This document shows, piece after piece, positions 27,310 to 35,720 of a DNA stretch of 40,062 nt. The position numbers and the translations under genes are program-made. Each line of letters begins with the position of its first letter. The first letter of the stretch is position 1. The stretch comes from Longimicrobiales bacterium (GTDB lineage Bacteria > Gemmatimonadota > Gemmatimonadetes > Longimicrobiales > Gaopeijiaceae). The stretch covers positions 1 through 40,062 of the forward strand of contig DATFJS010000177.1 of the NCBI GenBank assembly GCA_035269045.1, written 5' to 3'. The notes below the pieces were generated by a model. It was not told the DNA's origin. It was given only the letters and a program-made list of their open reading frames with translations, and ran no database searches.

Positions 27310-27477
27310 GGGGCCTCCGGAACGTGATACGGATTCATCGGGACGTGCGAGCCGCGCCCCCGGAGATTCGGGCGGCGCGTCGAAGGTCGCCAATGTGCCG
27401 CACCGGGCCGGCCCGCGCCACCGTGCGCGTGAGAGGTCGGGCCGCGCGTACCGGACCGAACGACGGCCGGATGGACA

Positions 27478-27532
27478 CTAGGGCCTGTTCACGCTAAAGG
27501 GGTGCGCTCTGTTGCGTCTGAACAGGCCCTAG
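27478..27532. mobile_element. MITE-like element, short internally deleted copy (55 bp)
   Basis: Perfect 14-bp inverted ends CTAGGGCCTGTTCA/TGAACAGGCCCTAG. Left and right parts align with the ends of the 10064-10224 copy. Confidence 0.8.
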
Positions 27533-28347
27533 TTCCCGGCGGTGTCGGCAGCCGGCGGCATGGGCCTCGTGAGTGTCGCATACACCGTGTCGAGTACCTG
27601 ACGGAAGAGGTCCACCGGTACCGCACCCGGAATCGGCTGACCGAGCCCCGCGATGAAGAAGGTCGGTGTGCCCCGCCCGCCCGAGTTCGCGAAGAAGGCG
27701 GTTCCGGAGGCGATCCGGGACGCATGACGGTTCTCCGCCACGCAGGCCTCGGCGGCCGCGGGGTCCCCTCCCGCCTCCTCGACGATATCCAGCAGCACCG
27801 GCATCGGATCACCGCCGGCGCGCTTCCACTCGGACTGACGCTCGAAGAGGGCGTCGCTCACCTCGGTGAAGAGGCCCTGTTCGCCGACGCACTCGCCCAC
27901 CTGCGCGGCCTCGATCGCGTTCGGGAAGATGCCGAGCAGCATCGGGACGTACTTCCACCGTACCTTTCCGGTCTCCACGTACTCCTCACGGAGCGTGGGG
28001 AAGGTCTCCAGATGGAATTGACGGCAGTATCCGCAGCCGAAGTCGCTGAACTCCAGCACCTGGACCGGGGCGTCCTCCTCGCCGAAGTCGAAGCCCAGCG
28101 TGTCGAGATCGACCCGCTCGATCGGGAGGTGCTCGTTGAGGAAGTCGCTGATCGCATCCTGCGCGGGCGCCGCCGCGGACATGCGACGGGTGTCGTCCTG
28201 AGCGAGCTGCTCCCGCGACCCGAGCAGCTCGGCGGACAGACCGTCGACGCCAGAGGAGCCGGACCGGGCGCCGGCATCGCCGTCCCCACCGGAACAGGCC
28301 GCGACCGCGACTGCGAGTACGAGCGACCAGGCGAGGCGATACGTCAT
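27529..28347 (-). CDS. DsbA/BdbD-like thioredoxin-fold lipoprotein
   Basis: Lipobox AAC, EFSDFGCGYC, EYVETGKVR and GTPTFF. ATGA overlap with ccdA. Confidence 0.9.
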   Translation of the reverse strand: MTYRLAWSLVLAVAVAACSGGDGDAGARSGSSGVDGLSAELLGSREQLAQDDTRRMSAAAPAQDAISDFLNEHLPIERVDLDTLGFDFGEEDAPVQVLEFSDFGCGYCRQFHLETFPTLREEYVETGKVRWKYVPMLLGIFPNAIEAAQVGECVGEQGLFTEVSDALFERQSEWKRAGGDPMPVLLDIVEEAGGDPAAAEACVAENRHASRIASGTAFFANSGGRGTPTFFIAGLGQPIPGAVPVDLFRQVLDTVYATLTRPMPPAADTAGN

Positions 28348-29093
28348 TGGATCTCCACAGGTATGAGCTGGCCCAGACCGGCCAGATACTGATTCAGCGT
28401 CGTGAACTGTCCCGTCACCATCAGGATGCCGAGGACCATAAGGATCACACCGGCACCCCGTTCGACCCAAGGGAGCCAGCTGCGAATCCGCTCGGCTCCG
28501 GTCAGGAACCAGTTGAATGCCAGGGCCGCCGCGAGGAAGGGGATGGCCAGCCCGAGCCCGTAGACACCGAGCAGCAGCGTGGCCTCGACCGTGGTGTGCT
28601 CGAGCCCCGCGAAGAAGAGGATCGACCCCAGCACCGGTCCGATGCACGGGGTCCATCCGGCCCCGAATGCCAGCCCCACGACGAAGCTGCCGAACAGTCC
28701 GCCGGGGTGACGCGCGAGATGAATCCTTCGCTCTCGCTGAAGCCACCCGATGGAGCGGAACGCACCGAGCAGATACAACGCGAACAGGATGATCACCGCC
28801 CCACCGATCCGCGTCATCGCCGGCAGCCACTGCGTCACGGTCTGGCCGAAGACGGACGCGGTGGCACCCAGCGTCATGAAGACGACGCCGAACCCGAGAC
28901 CGAAGGCGAGCGAGTGGACGAAGGCACGGCGGCGGGTCGCCGCGGCACCTCCCTCCGCCAGCTCGTCGATCGTCACGCCGGAGACGAAGGTGACGTACCC
29001 GGGCACGACCGGCAGGACGCACGGCGACAGGAACGACAGCAGCCCGGCCACGAAGGCCAGGCCGAAGCCGACGTTGAGTTCGAGGCCCTGCAT
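28344..29093 (-). CDS. ccdA: CcdA/DsbD-core transmembrane electron transporter
   Basis: AGLLSFLSPCVLP and AFGAGWTPCIGPVLGSIL motifs. Confidence 0.9.
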   Translation of the reverse strand: MQGLELNVGFGLAFVAGLLSFLSPCVLPVVPGYVTFVSGVTIDELAEGGAAATRRRAFVHSLAFGLGFGVVFMTLGATASVFGQTVTQWLPAMTRIGGAVIILFALYLLGAFRSIGWLQRERRIHLARHPGGLFGSFVVGLAFGAGWTPCIGPVLGSILFFAGLEHTTVEATLLLGVYGLGLAIPFLAAALAFNWFLTGAERIRSWLPWVERGAGVILMVLGILMVTGQFTTLNQYLAGLGQLIPVEIQ

Positions 29094-29145
29094 CAGGTGT
29101 GCGTCATGATCGGAGGTCGGGGGCGGGCGGTCGGGTGTGCGGAGG

Positions 29146-29994
29146 TCAGAAGCTGAAGTTGCGCACCAGGCGCTTCTCCGTCTCGCCCTCGAGCTCCGCC
29201 TCGACCTCGATGTACTCCTCGAGGCCGCTCCCCCTGAGCTTGCCACGGAACAGCTGATCCAGCTGGAAGACGCCCGCCGAATTGGTCATCTCGATGCACA
29301 GCTTGATCGGCCGGGTCTCACCCGGCTCGATACGGACCGCCTCGATGGCGGCGGCCGACACGGAGTGGATGCTGAGCGATCCGGCCTCGAAGGGAATCCG
29401 CGACCGCCCCTTCGCCATGTCCAGCGCGTCGGCGATCCGAACGACTCCGGCCTCGACGGTCAGGGGGCGTCCGCCCGCGCGGTGACTCGTGATCGCGTGC
29501 AGGATCTCCGACTCCATGAAGACCCGTTCCCGCGGCGTGTAGATGCCGTCGAGCAGGTCGACGAGTTTACGGCGGGCGATGAAGAGGGAGAACGACTCGT
29601 GCTCGTCGCGGTGAATCGACATCCCGATGTCGTGCAGGAGGGCACCCATCGCGACCACGATCTCCGCATCCGTCGGGTCCATGCGGTACGTCTCCACCAC
29701 CGACGGCCGCACACCCGCGTCGATGAGCAGCCTGAGCATCCGCACCGCGATGTTGGTCACGATCTTCACGTGCACGGGCCCGTGGTCGGTCATGCCGAGC
29801 CGCTCGATGGCGGTGACGTTGGACGCGAGCCAGAGACCGTAGAGTTCGTCGTCCGCGTTCACCCGCTCCAGGACCGCGTGCAGCTTCGGATTGTGACGAT
29901 CGGGCACGCGCATCTCGATCCGATCGGCGAATCGCCCCTCGACCGTCGGGTCCGCGGGGTGATCCCCTACATGCTCTGTCTCGAATCGACTCAT
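29146..29994 (-). CDS. HD-domain phosphohydrolase (COG3294-like)
   Basis: RLGMTDHGPVH, ALLHDIGM, HAITSH and ADALDMAKGRSRIPF motifs. Confidence 0.85.
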   Translation of the reverse strand: MSRFETEHVGDHPADPTVEGRFADRIEMRVPDRHNPKLHAVLERVNADDELYGLWLASNVTAIERLGMTDHGPVHVKIVTNIAVRMLRLLIDAGVRPSVVETYRMDPTDAEIVVAMGALLHDIGMSIHRDEHESFSLFIARRKLVDLLDGIYTPRERVFMESEILHAITSHRAGGRPLTVEAGVVRIADALDMAKGRSRIPFEAGSLSIHSVSAAAIEAVRIEPGETRPIKLCIEMTNSAGVFQLDQLFRGKLRGSGLEEYIEVEAELEGETEKRLVRNFSF

Positions 29995-31133
29995 CGTCTC
30001 GGCTCCTCAGGTTCGTCCGTCTCCGTCCACACCTCTTTCCACGACCCCGGGATCGCCGACACCCCGTCCATCACGACCACAGTGCCCGCGATACGGTCGT
30101 GCACGCACTGGCGGTTTCGATCCCAGAACACCTGCATGAAACCCATCAGCCCGGTCGCGATCCCGGCCGCGTAGCCTCCGGCGCGTTCGAGGGAGGGCAG
30201 CCAGGTGAGAGGCTGACCGTCCAGACGCACTACACGAATCCGCGTCGCGAGTTTTCCGACGGTGCGCCCCTTCAGGACCACGGTGGCGACCGTGAAGTAG
30301 AGCGTCCACACACCGAAAGCCGAGCCGAGCTGACCGAACACGTCGCGGACCAGCGCGAAGAATCCGGTGTCCGCTTCCTCCTCCGCGACCGCGAGATCCT
30401 CCCGCAGCTCCTCGATCCGGGCGGCGCGGCTTTCGGCGGTTCGCTCGAGCGCTCCGACGGTGTCCGACGCGAACAGCTCGACCGCGCGTCCTCGAAGCGT
30501 AGCCTCCCACACATCGGCCGGGATCATGCCGGCGGAGATCTCCACGGAATCGGGGGCGTCGCCGGCTTCGAGAGTGACCAGCGCGGCCGCCACCTCCGAC
30601 GGATCGAGCGCGGCGGCCTCGGCGGTGAGCACGGAATCGACGGCGCTCGCCGACGCGGAGGGGGCCAGCCCCTCGAGCTGTCGGGCGAGCTCCGGCAGGT
30701 CGTCGAAGTCCTCGATGCCCTCGACCTGGATCCCCTGTTCCGCGAGTCCACCGATCGCCCGGTCGATCTGGGCCTCCCGGAAGTCGTCGCGGCTACCGAG
30801 CCACACCAGTCCCACGATCAGGAGGACCAGGGCCCCCAGGCATCCGATGGATCCGCGAAACATCCACGTGGACACGCGTCCGAGCTGGCCTTCGGTCCAG
30901 GAACCGGCGGGGGTCCGGAAGGCGAGCTGCAGCATGGCCAGGCCGATCACGCCCCAGAGGAAATAGCCCCACCCCGAAACGAAGGCGGTGATCAGTCCGA
31001 TCACGACGAGATCGATCCCCATCGCGCCGGCGCGCCGGGCGGGCGTCGCCAGAGGCAGGCCGAGCATCTCCTCCGACACGTCGAAGGCGTCGGGCGTGAC
31101 GATCGAGCGAGGATCGCGAACGTTGGTCGTCAT
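29991..31133 (-). CDS. RDD family membrane protein with a large inserted domain
   Basis: LATPARRAGAMGID at the N-terminus; GRTVGKLATRIRVV and RQCVHDRIAGTVVV at the C-terminus. Confidence 0.85.
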   Translation of the reverse strand: MTTNVRDPRSIVTPDAFDVSEEMLGLPLATPARRAGAMGIDLVVIGLITAFVSGWGYFLWGVIGLAMLQLAFRTPAGSWTEGQLGRVSTWMFRGSIGCLGALVLLIVGLVWLGSRDDFREAQIDRAIGGLAEQGIQVEGIEDFDDLPELARQLEGLAPSASASAVDSVLTAEAAALDPSEVAAALVTLEAGDAPDSVEISAGMIPADVWEATLRGRAVELFASDTVGALERTAESRAARIEELREDLAVAEEEADTGFFALVRDVFGQLGSAFGVWTLYFTVATVVLKGRTVGKLATRIRVVRLDGQPLTWLPSLERAGGYAAGIATGLMGFMQVFWDRNRQCVHDRIAGTVVVMDGVSAIPGSWKEVWTETDEPEEPRR

Positions 31134-31188
31134 GGTCTGTGGTGCCGGTGCAGCCGCTCCGGAAACGGTCGTGCGCGGGTTCCCAGCC

Positions 31189-31584
31189 TCAGTCGCCCCG
31201 GTCGATCAGGCGAGCGAGGACGAAGCCCGCCGCGGCGCCGAGGAGTGCGGTTCCGGCCAGCGTGCGAGCATCCGTTCCGAAGCCCGACGATCCGGAGAGT
31301 ACCGAATCGTCGCCGCTCTCGATCCGGACGAGCGTCTCCTCCTCCTCCAGTTCGCACTCCGCGCACGTGACGATGCCCCGATCCCGCGCGGTCCGGTTCG
31401 CATACTGCATCTCGCCGCCGCATTCCGGGCAGTCGAGTCCGGCCGGCAGCGGCTCGATGAGCGCGTACAGGGCGCCCTTCGACAGGTTCAGGTCCTCGGC
31501 CAGGTCGTTCACGCTTCGGTCGGAGCCCCAGTAGAGCTCGTTCGCGTGGTCGCCGGATGCCTGCTGGGAGTTGGTCTTGGACAT
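31189..31584 (-). CDS. Hypothetical HTH-like / zinc-ribbon / C-terminal TM protein
   Basis: ATG at 31584 after GAGGAG; SVNDLAEDLNLSKGALY, CPEC...CAEC and a hydrophobic C-tail. Confidence 0.75.
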   Translation of the reverse strand: MSKTNSQQASGDHANELYWGSDRSVNDLAEDLNLSKGALYALIEPLPAGLDCPECGGEMQYANRTARDRGIVTCAECELEEEETLVRIESGDDSVLSGSSGFGTDARTLAGTALLGAAAGFVLARLIDRGD

Positions 31585-31688
31585 GGTGCTCCTCGCCCGT
31601 GAATGAGTATCTGAAGTATAGGGATTCTGGGCACGACCGTCGAAGAGTCGGGTAGCGCTGTCCGGGAAGGACGAACACCGGGGGGCAC

Positions 31689-31952
31689 ATGAGAACACGG
31701 CAACAGATCCTCGATTCGCTCGAAGTCGGCTACGTCCGTGCCCTCGAGGCCGCGAACGCGCGCGAGGACACGGCCGAGGCGACCCGCCTCGAACTGGACT
31801 TCGTGCGTGATCAGCTGCAGCTGGAGGTACTGCTCGATCTCCGGGCGCTCCTCCTTCCCGACGAACCCGCCGACGACGCGGATCCCGGTGGAAGCGTCCG
31901 GGGAATCCTCGATACCGCCGCCAAGCTCCGGAACCTGACCCGACTTCGATGA
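31689..31952 (+). CDS. Hypothetical small helical protein
   Basis: RDQLQLEVLLDLRALL; ATGA overlap with the adenosyltransferase gene. Confidence 0.75.
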   Translation: MRTRQQILDSLEVGYVRALEAANAREDTAEATRLELDFVRDQLQLEVLLDLRALLLPDEPADDADPGGSVRGILDTAAKLRNLTRLR

Positions 31953-32500
31953 AGATCTACACCCGTACCGGCGATGCCGGCGACACCGCCCTCTTCGGGG
32001 GTGGCCGCGTATCGAAGGACCACCCGCGCGTCGCCGCGTATGGCGCCGTCGACGAACTCAACGCGGCGCTCGGCTGGGCCGCGACGCAGATCGTCGACGA
32101 ACCGCTGCGGGAGCGCCTCCTCACCCTGCAGCACGACCTCTTCACGATCGGGGGCGCCCTCGCGGCGGTGCCGCGCGAGGACGGGTCCCGTCATCCGCAC
32201 CTGCCCCCGCTCCCCGTCGACCGCGCGGCCGAGATGGAGGGGTGGATCGACGAGGCATCCGGCGAACTGCCCGAGCTGAGAGAGTTCGTGCTTCCCGGCG
32301 GCACCCCCGGGGCGGCCGCGCTTCATCGCGCACGCACCATCTGCAGGCGCTCCGAGCGGAAGGTCGTCCACCTGGCCCTCCACGAGGCGGTCGAGGAGGA
32401 CGTGATCGTCTACCTCAATCGTCTGAGCGACCTGCTCTTCTCGATGGCGCGCCTCGCGAATCACCGTGCCGGACACCCCGACGTCACCTGGAAGAAGTGA
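31949..32500 (+). CDS. ATP:cob(I)alamin adenosyltransferase, PduO/MMAB type
   Basis: MKIYTRTGDAG, AYGAVDELNA, FVLPGG, RTICRRSER and YLNRLSDLLF motifs. Confidence 0.95.
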   Translation: MKIYTRTGDAGDTALFGGGRVSKDHPRVAAYGAVDELNAALGWAATQIVDEPLRERLLTLQHDLFTIGGALAAVPREDGSRHPHLPPLPVDRAAEMEGWIDEASGELPELREFVLPGGTPGAAALHRARTICRRSERKVVHLALHEAVEEDVIVYLNRLSDLLFSMARLANHRAGHPDVTWKK

Positions 32501-33075
32501 GCGTTCGAGCGCGCGAGATGATCGCGCGTCTCGAAAGGATCTGGCCGGATGCGGGAATCGCGCCATCGGCGTGCGCATCCCTCGTCGATCGCGCGGAACG
32601 GGCGATGCAGAGCCGGAGCACCCGGTTCGCGGACGAACACCATCCGGCGTTCCTCCATCCGCTCCGGACGGCGGTGCTTCTGCTCGAAGCCGACGAGACG
32701 GACCCGCAGGCCCACACGGTCGCCCTCGAGCTGGACACGGAGGGTGGAGGCGGAGCGCCGGACCGTGCGGAAGTCCGTGCACTCCTCGCGGCACGGGCCG
32801 ACGAGCGGCTCGAGATGCTGGTCCTCGCGGAGCCCTGGCTCCTCCACACCTGGCTGGCGGAGCGGCTCGACCAGATCCGACACCTGCACCTCTGGGCCGG
32901 CCCCGATCGAACGCGGACCGCACTCGAACGGGCGGAGCGCGAAGAACTGCCGCTCGCCCGCCGCGTGGGAGGACGCCTGGAGCGCGCCTGGGTCGACTGG
33001 CTGGACAAGGCACACCGATACCGCCTGGTGGAGCGTTCGGAGACCCGCCCGGTCGATGACGCGGGCGGACCCTGA
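32497..33075 (+). CDS. Hypothetical protein with a degenerate HD (RelA/SpoT hydrolase-like) signature
   Basis: GTGA overlap with the upstream gene; FLHPLRTAVLL and LAERLDQIRH. Confidence 0.65.
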   Translation: MSVRAREMIARLERIWPDAGIAPSACASLVDRAERAMQSRSTRFADEHHPAFLHPLRTAVLLLEADETDPQAHTVALELDTEGGGGAPDRAEVRALLAARADERLEMLVLAEPWLLHTWLAERLDQIRHLHLWAGPDRTRTALERAEREELPLARRVGGRLERAWVDWLDKAHRYRLVERSETRPVDDAGGP

Positions 33076-33080
33076 CGGCC

Positions 33081-33118
33081 CCGTCGGAGGTATTCTCGAC
33101 GGCACCTCCGACGGTCTT
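33081..33118 (+). terminator. Hairpin, probable terminator
   Basis: ccgtcggaggt-N12-acctccgacgg followed by tctt, just after the 33075 stop. Confidence 0.5.
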
Positions 33119-33213
33119 GCGGGTGCACCGTGGTTCGTTCATCATGTTGCCGACCCCCGCCCGGACAACGACCGGTCGGGAGCCTCACCACCTGAACATT
33201 CCGGAGTTCCTTC

Positions 33214-33447
33214 GTGGCGTACATCATCACCGAGCCGTGCATCGATACCAAGGACGCGAGTTGCGTCGAAGTCTGCCCGGTCGATTGCATCTACGAAGCG
33301 GAGGACCAGTTCTACATCCATCCGGACGAGTGCATCGACTGCGGCGCTTGTGAGCCCGAGTGCCCCGTGCAGGCGATCTTCCCGGACACCGACGTCCCAC
33401 CGGAGTGGACCAGCTTCATCGAGAAGAACCGGGAGCACTTCGGCTGA
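33214..33447 (+). CDS. Dicluster (7Fe-type) ferredoxin
   Basis: [25 protein letters not shown]...[16 protein letters not shown]. Confidence 0.95.
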   Translation: MAYIITEPCIDTKDASCVEVCPVDCIYEAEDQFYIHPDECIDCGACEPECPVQAIFPDTDVPPEWTSFIEKNREHFG

Positions 33448-34055
33448 TGCCGATCGTGTCCCGCCCGCTCGAACGCGGCTCCGGCGTCCTGCCGGAGCCG
33501 CGTTTTTTCGTTCTGCTCCTGGCGATCGCCGTCGGGACAGCCGCATGCACGGTCGAGCCCCGACCGATCGACGACGGTGGGTCCGAAGCGCCGACGTCCA
33601 CGCTCGCCGGCGTCGAAGCCATGCTCGACGCGTCCGCGGCATCCTGGAACGCCGGCGACCTCGACGGCTTCCTCGACGACTACACCGGGGATCCGGACCT
33701 CGCCTTCGTCGGCGCCAGCGGAGTCACTCGCGGCATTGCGGAGGTCCGCGCCCGGTACGAGACGGGATACTGGAGCACGGGCGCGCCCCGCGATTCCCTG
33801 CGGTTCGAGGACATCGAGGTGCGGCCGCTGGGCGACCGCCACGCTCTGGCACTCGGTCGTTACGTGCTGTACCGGCCCGCCGGGTCGGGAACGCCCGAAG
33901 ACACGGTCACCGACCCGAACGCGGCCGGTCGCGGCGATGGAGCCGCGGACGGTGAGACGGTGACGTCCACCGGGTGGTTCTCGCTGGTTCTCGGACTGGA
34001 CGACGGCCGCTGGCGAATTCTGCACGACCACACGTCGGAGCTGACGACCAACTGA
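33447..34055 (+). CDS. NTF2-like/DUF4440 lipoprotein
   Basis: Lipobox TAAC, WNAGDLDGFLDDY and WRILHDHTS motifs. Confidence 0.85.
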   Translation: MPIVSRPLERGSGVLPEPRFFVLLLAIAVGTAACTVEPRPIDDGGSEAPTSTLAGVEAMLDASAASWNAGDLDGFLDDYTGDPDLAFVGASGVTRGIAEVRARYETGYWSTGAPRDSLRFEDIEVRPLGDRHALALGRYVLYRPAGSGTPEDTVTDPNAAGRGDGAADGETVTSTGWFSLVLGLDDGRWRILHDHTSELTTN

Positions 34056-34072
34056 CTGGAAGGGGGCGCGAC

Positions 34073-35260
34073 ATGAACCCGGACATGAACCCGGCGGTAC
34101 GTGACGGCGACCCCGCCGCCCTCACGCGGGCGCTCGTCGCGATCGAGTCGATCAACCCCGTGCTCGAGCCCGGAGGGTCGGGGGAGGAAGCGATTTCCCG
34201 ATTCGTCGCCGATCTGCTGATGGAGTGGGGACTCGACTCCGTTCGGAGCGAGTGCGCCCCCGGTCGGTTCAACCTCCGCGCCGGCCTGGGGCAGGGCGAC
34301 GGGCCCACCCTGCTGCTGAACGGGCACCTGGACACCGTGGGCGTCGATGGAATGACGGTCGATCCCTTCGGCGGGGCCGTGGTTCGGGAGACGGGGGAAG
34401 AGCGGATGACCGGTCGAGGCGCCTGCGACATGAAGGCGGGCCTCGCGGTGATCCTCGCGACCGCGTACCGACTGCGGGACGCCGACGTCCCGGGTCGCCT
34501 GGAGCTCCTCTTCACCGCCGACGAGGAACACGCCTCCCTCGGAATGCAGGCCGCCGTGAAGGAGGGAGTCGAAGCCGATTTCGCGATCGTCACGGAGCCC
34601 ACCTCCCTTGCGGTGATGCCGGCCCACAAGGGGTTCTCATGGGTTCGGGCCCGGGTGGCGGGGCGCGCGGCACACGGCTCGCGTCCCGACGTGGGCATCG
34701 ACGCGATCCGGTCGGCAGCGCGATTTCTGACCGCACTCGACGGTCTGGAAGCGCGTCTCGATGCGGCGCCCGCGCACCCACTGCTCGGCCACGGATCCCT
34801 GCACGCGGGCACGATTTCCGGGGGGCAGGCCCCCTCGGTATACCCCGAGCTGTGCGAAGTCCGGCTGGAGCGTCGAACGCTTCCCGGGGAGGACCCGCGC
34901 GCCTTCGAGGCAGAACTCGCCGACGTGGTGGCGGCGGTTCGGAGCGAACACCCCGACGTCTCCGTCGAACTGGAGACCGAGCTCGTGCGGGACGGCTCCG
35001 ACGTGTCGCCGGATCACCCCGGGGTCGCGATGCTGCTCGACACCCTCGAAGCGGATGGACTGCCGCGACGGGTGGAGGGGATGACGGCGTGGGTGGATGC
35101 CGCCTTCCTCAACGCCGCCGGAATCCCCTCGATATGCTTCGGCCCCGGCTCGATCGAGCAGGCCCACTCGGCGGACGAGTGGGTGTCCCTGCAGGAGATC
35201 GAGCGCGGGGCCGAAGTCCTCACGCGGTTCGCGCGAGGCTTTCTGAGAGTCCGGCGCTAG
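34073..35260 (+). CDS. M20 family deacylase (ArgE/DapE-like)
   Basis: NGHLDTV, GRGACDMKAG, ADEE, TEPT, GRAAHGS and AHSADEWV motifs. Confidence 0.92.
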   Translation: MNPDMNPAVRDGDPAALTRALVAIESINPVLEPGGSGEEAISRFVADLLMEWGLDSVRSECAPGRFNLRAGLGQGDGPTLLLNGHLDTVGVDGMTVDPFGGAVVRETGEERMTGRGACDMKAGLAVILATAYRLRDADVPGRLELLFTADEEHASLGMQAAVKEGVEADFAIVTEPTSLAVMPAHKGFSWVRARVAGRAAHGSRPDVGIDAIRSAARFLTALDGLEARLDAAPAHPLLGHGSLHAGTISGGQAPSVYPELCEVRLERRTLPGEDPRAFEAELADVVAAVRSEHPDVSVELETELVRDGSDVSPDHPGVAMLLDTLEADGLPRRVEGMTAWVDAAFLNAAGIPSICFGPGSIEQAHSADEWVSLQEIERGAEVLTRFARGFLRVRR

Positions 35261-35631
35261 CGGCTCGTCACCACGATGGCGCCGGACGTCTGCCCCATGC
35301 CGTACTCACGCTGTGCCTCTCGCGGCTCCAGGTAGCGCGCCTCGGCGACGGAGGAGACGAGAATCGTGCGAAGCTCGCTCGTCCCTCCGAGCTCGCGGCC
35401 GTCGAGCCAGACCTTCACCTGGTCCTCGCCACGGGTCCGGAGCCACTGGCGACGCTCCGTCTGGATCGCATCGTAGAGCGTGCTTCCCGCGAAGGGAGTG
35501 AGCATCTCGGCAGTCAGCACGTCACCGGCACCGGGGGCGGAGCCGCCGCCCTGCATGGCGGCATTGGTGCCGGGTGCGCACGCACCAATGACCAGCAGAA
35601 GTGCGAACAGGGGAATGGAAAGACGTCGCAT
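35257..35631 (-). CDS. Small lipoprotein with a TonB-dependent receptor plug-like domain
   Basis: GGAGG RBS, lipobox IGAC, TLYDAI, VWLDG and YG-x4-SGAIVVTS. Confidence 0.75.
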   Translation of the reverse strand: MRRLSIPLFALLLVIGACAPGTNAAMQGGGSAPGAGDVLTAEMLTPFAGSTLYDAIQTERRQWLRTRGEDQVKVWLDGRELGGTSELRTILVSSVAEARYLEPREAQREYGMGQTSGAIVVTSR

Positions 35632-35720
35632 GAATCCTCCGTAGGAGTCGTGAACCCCACGTCGTCGTGGGAAGGTCGGTTGAATCACACCTCTCGCGCG
35701 TGAAGCGTTGAGGTGCGTAC

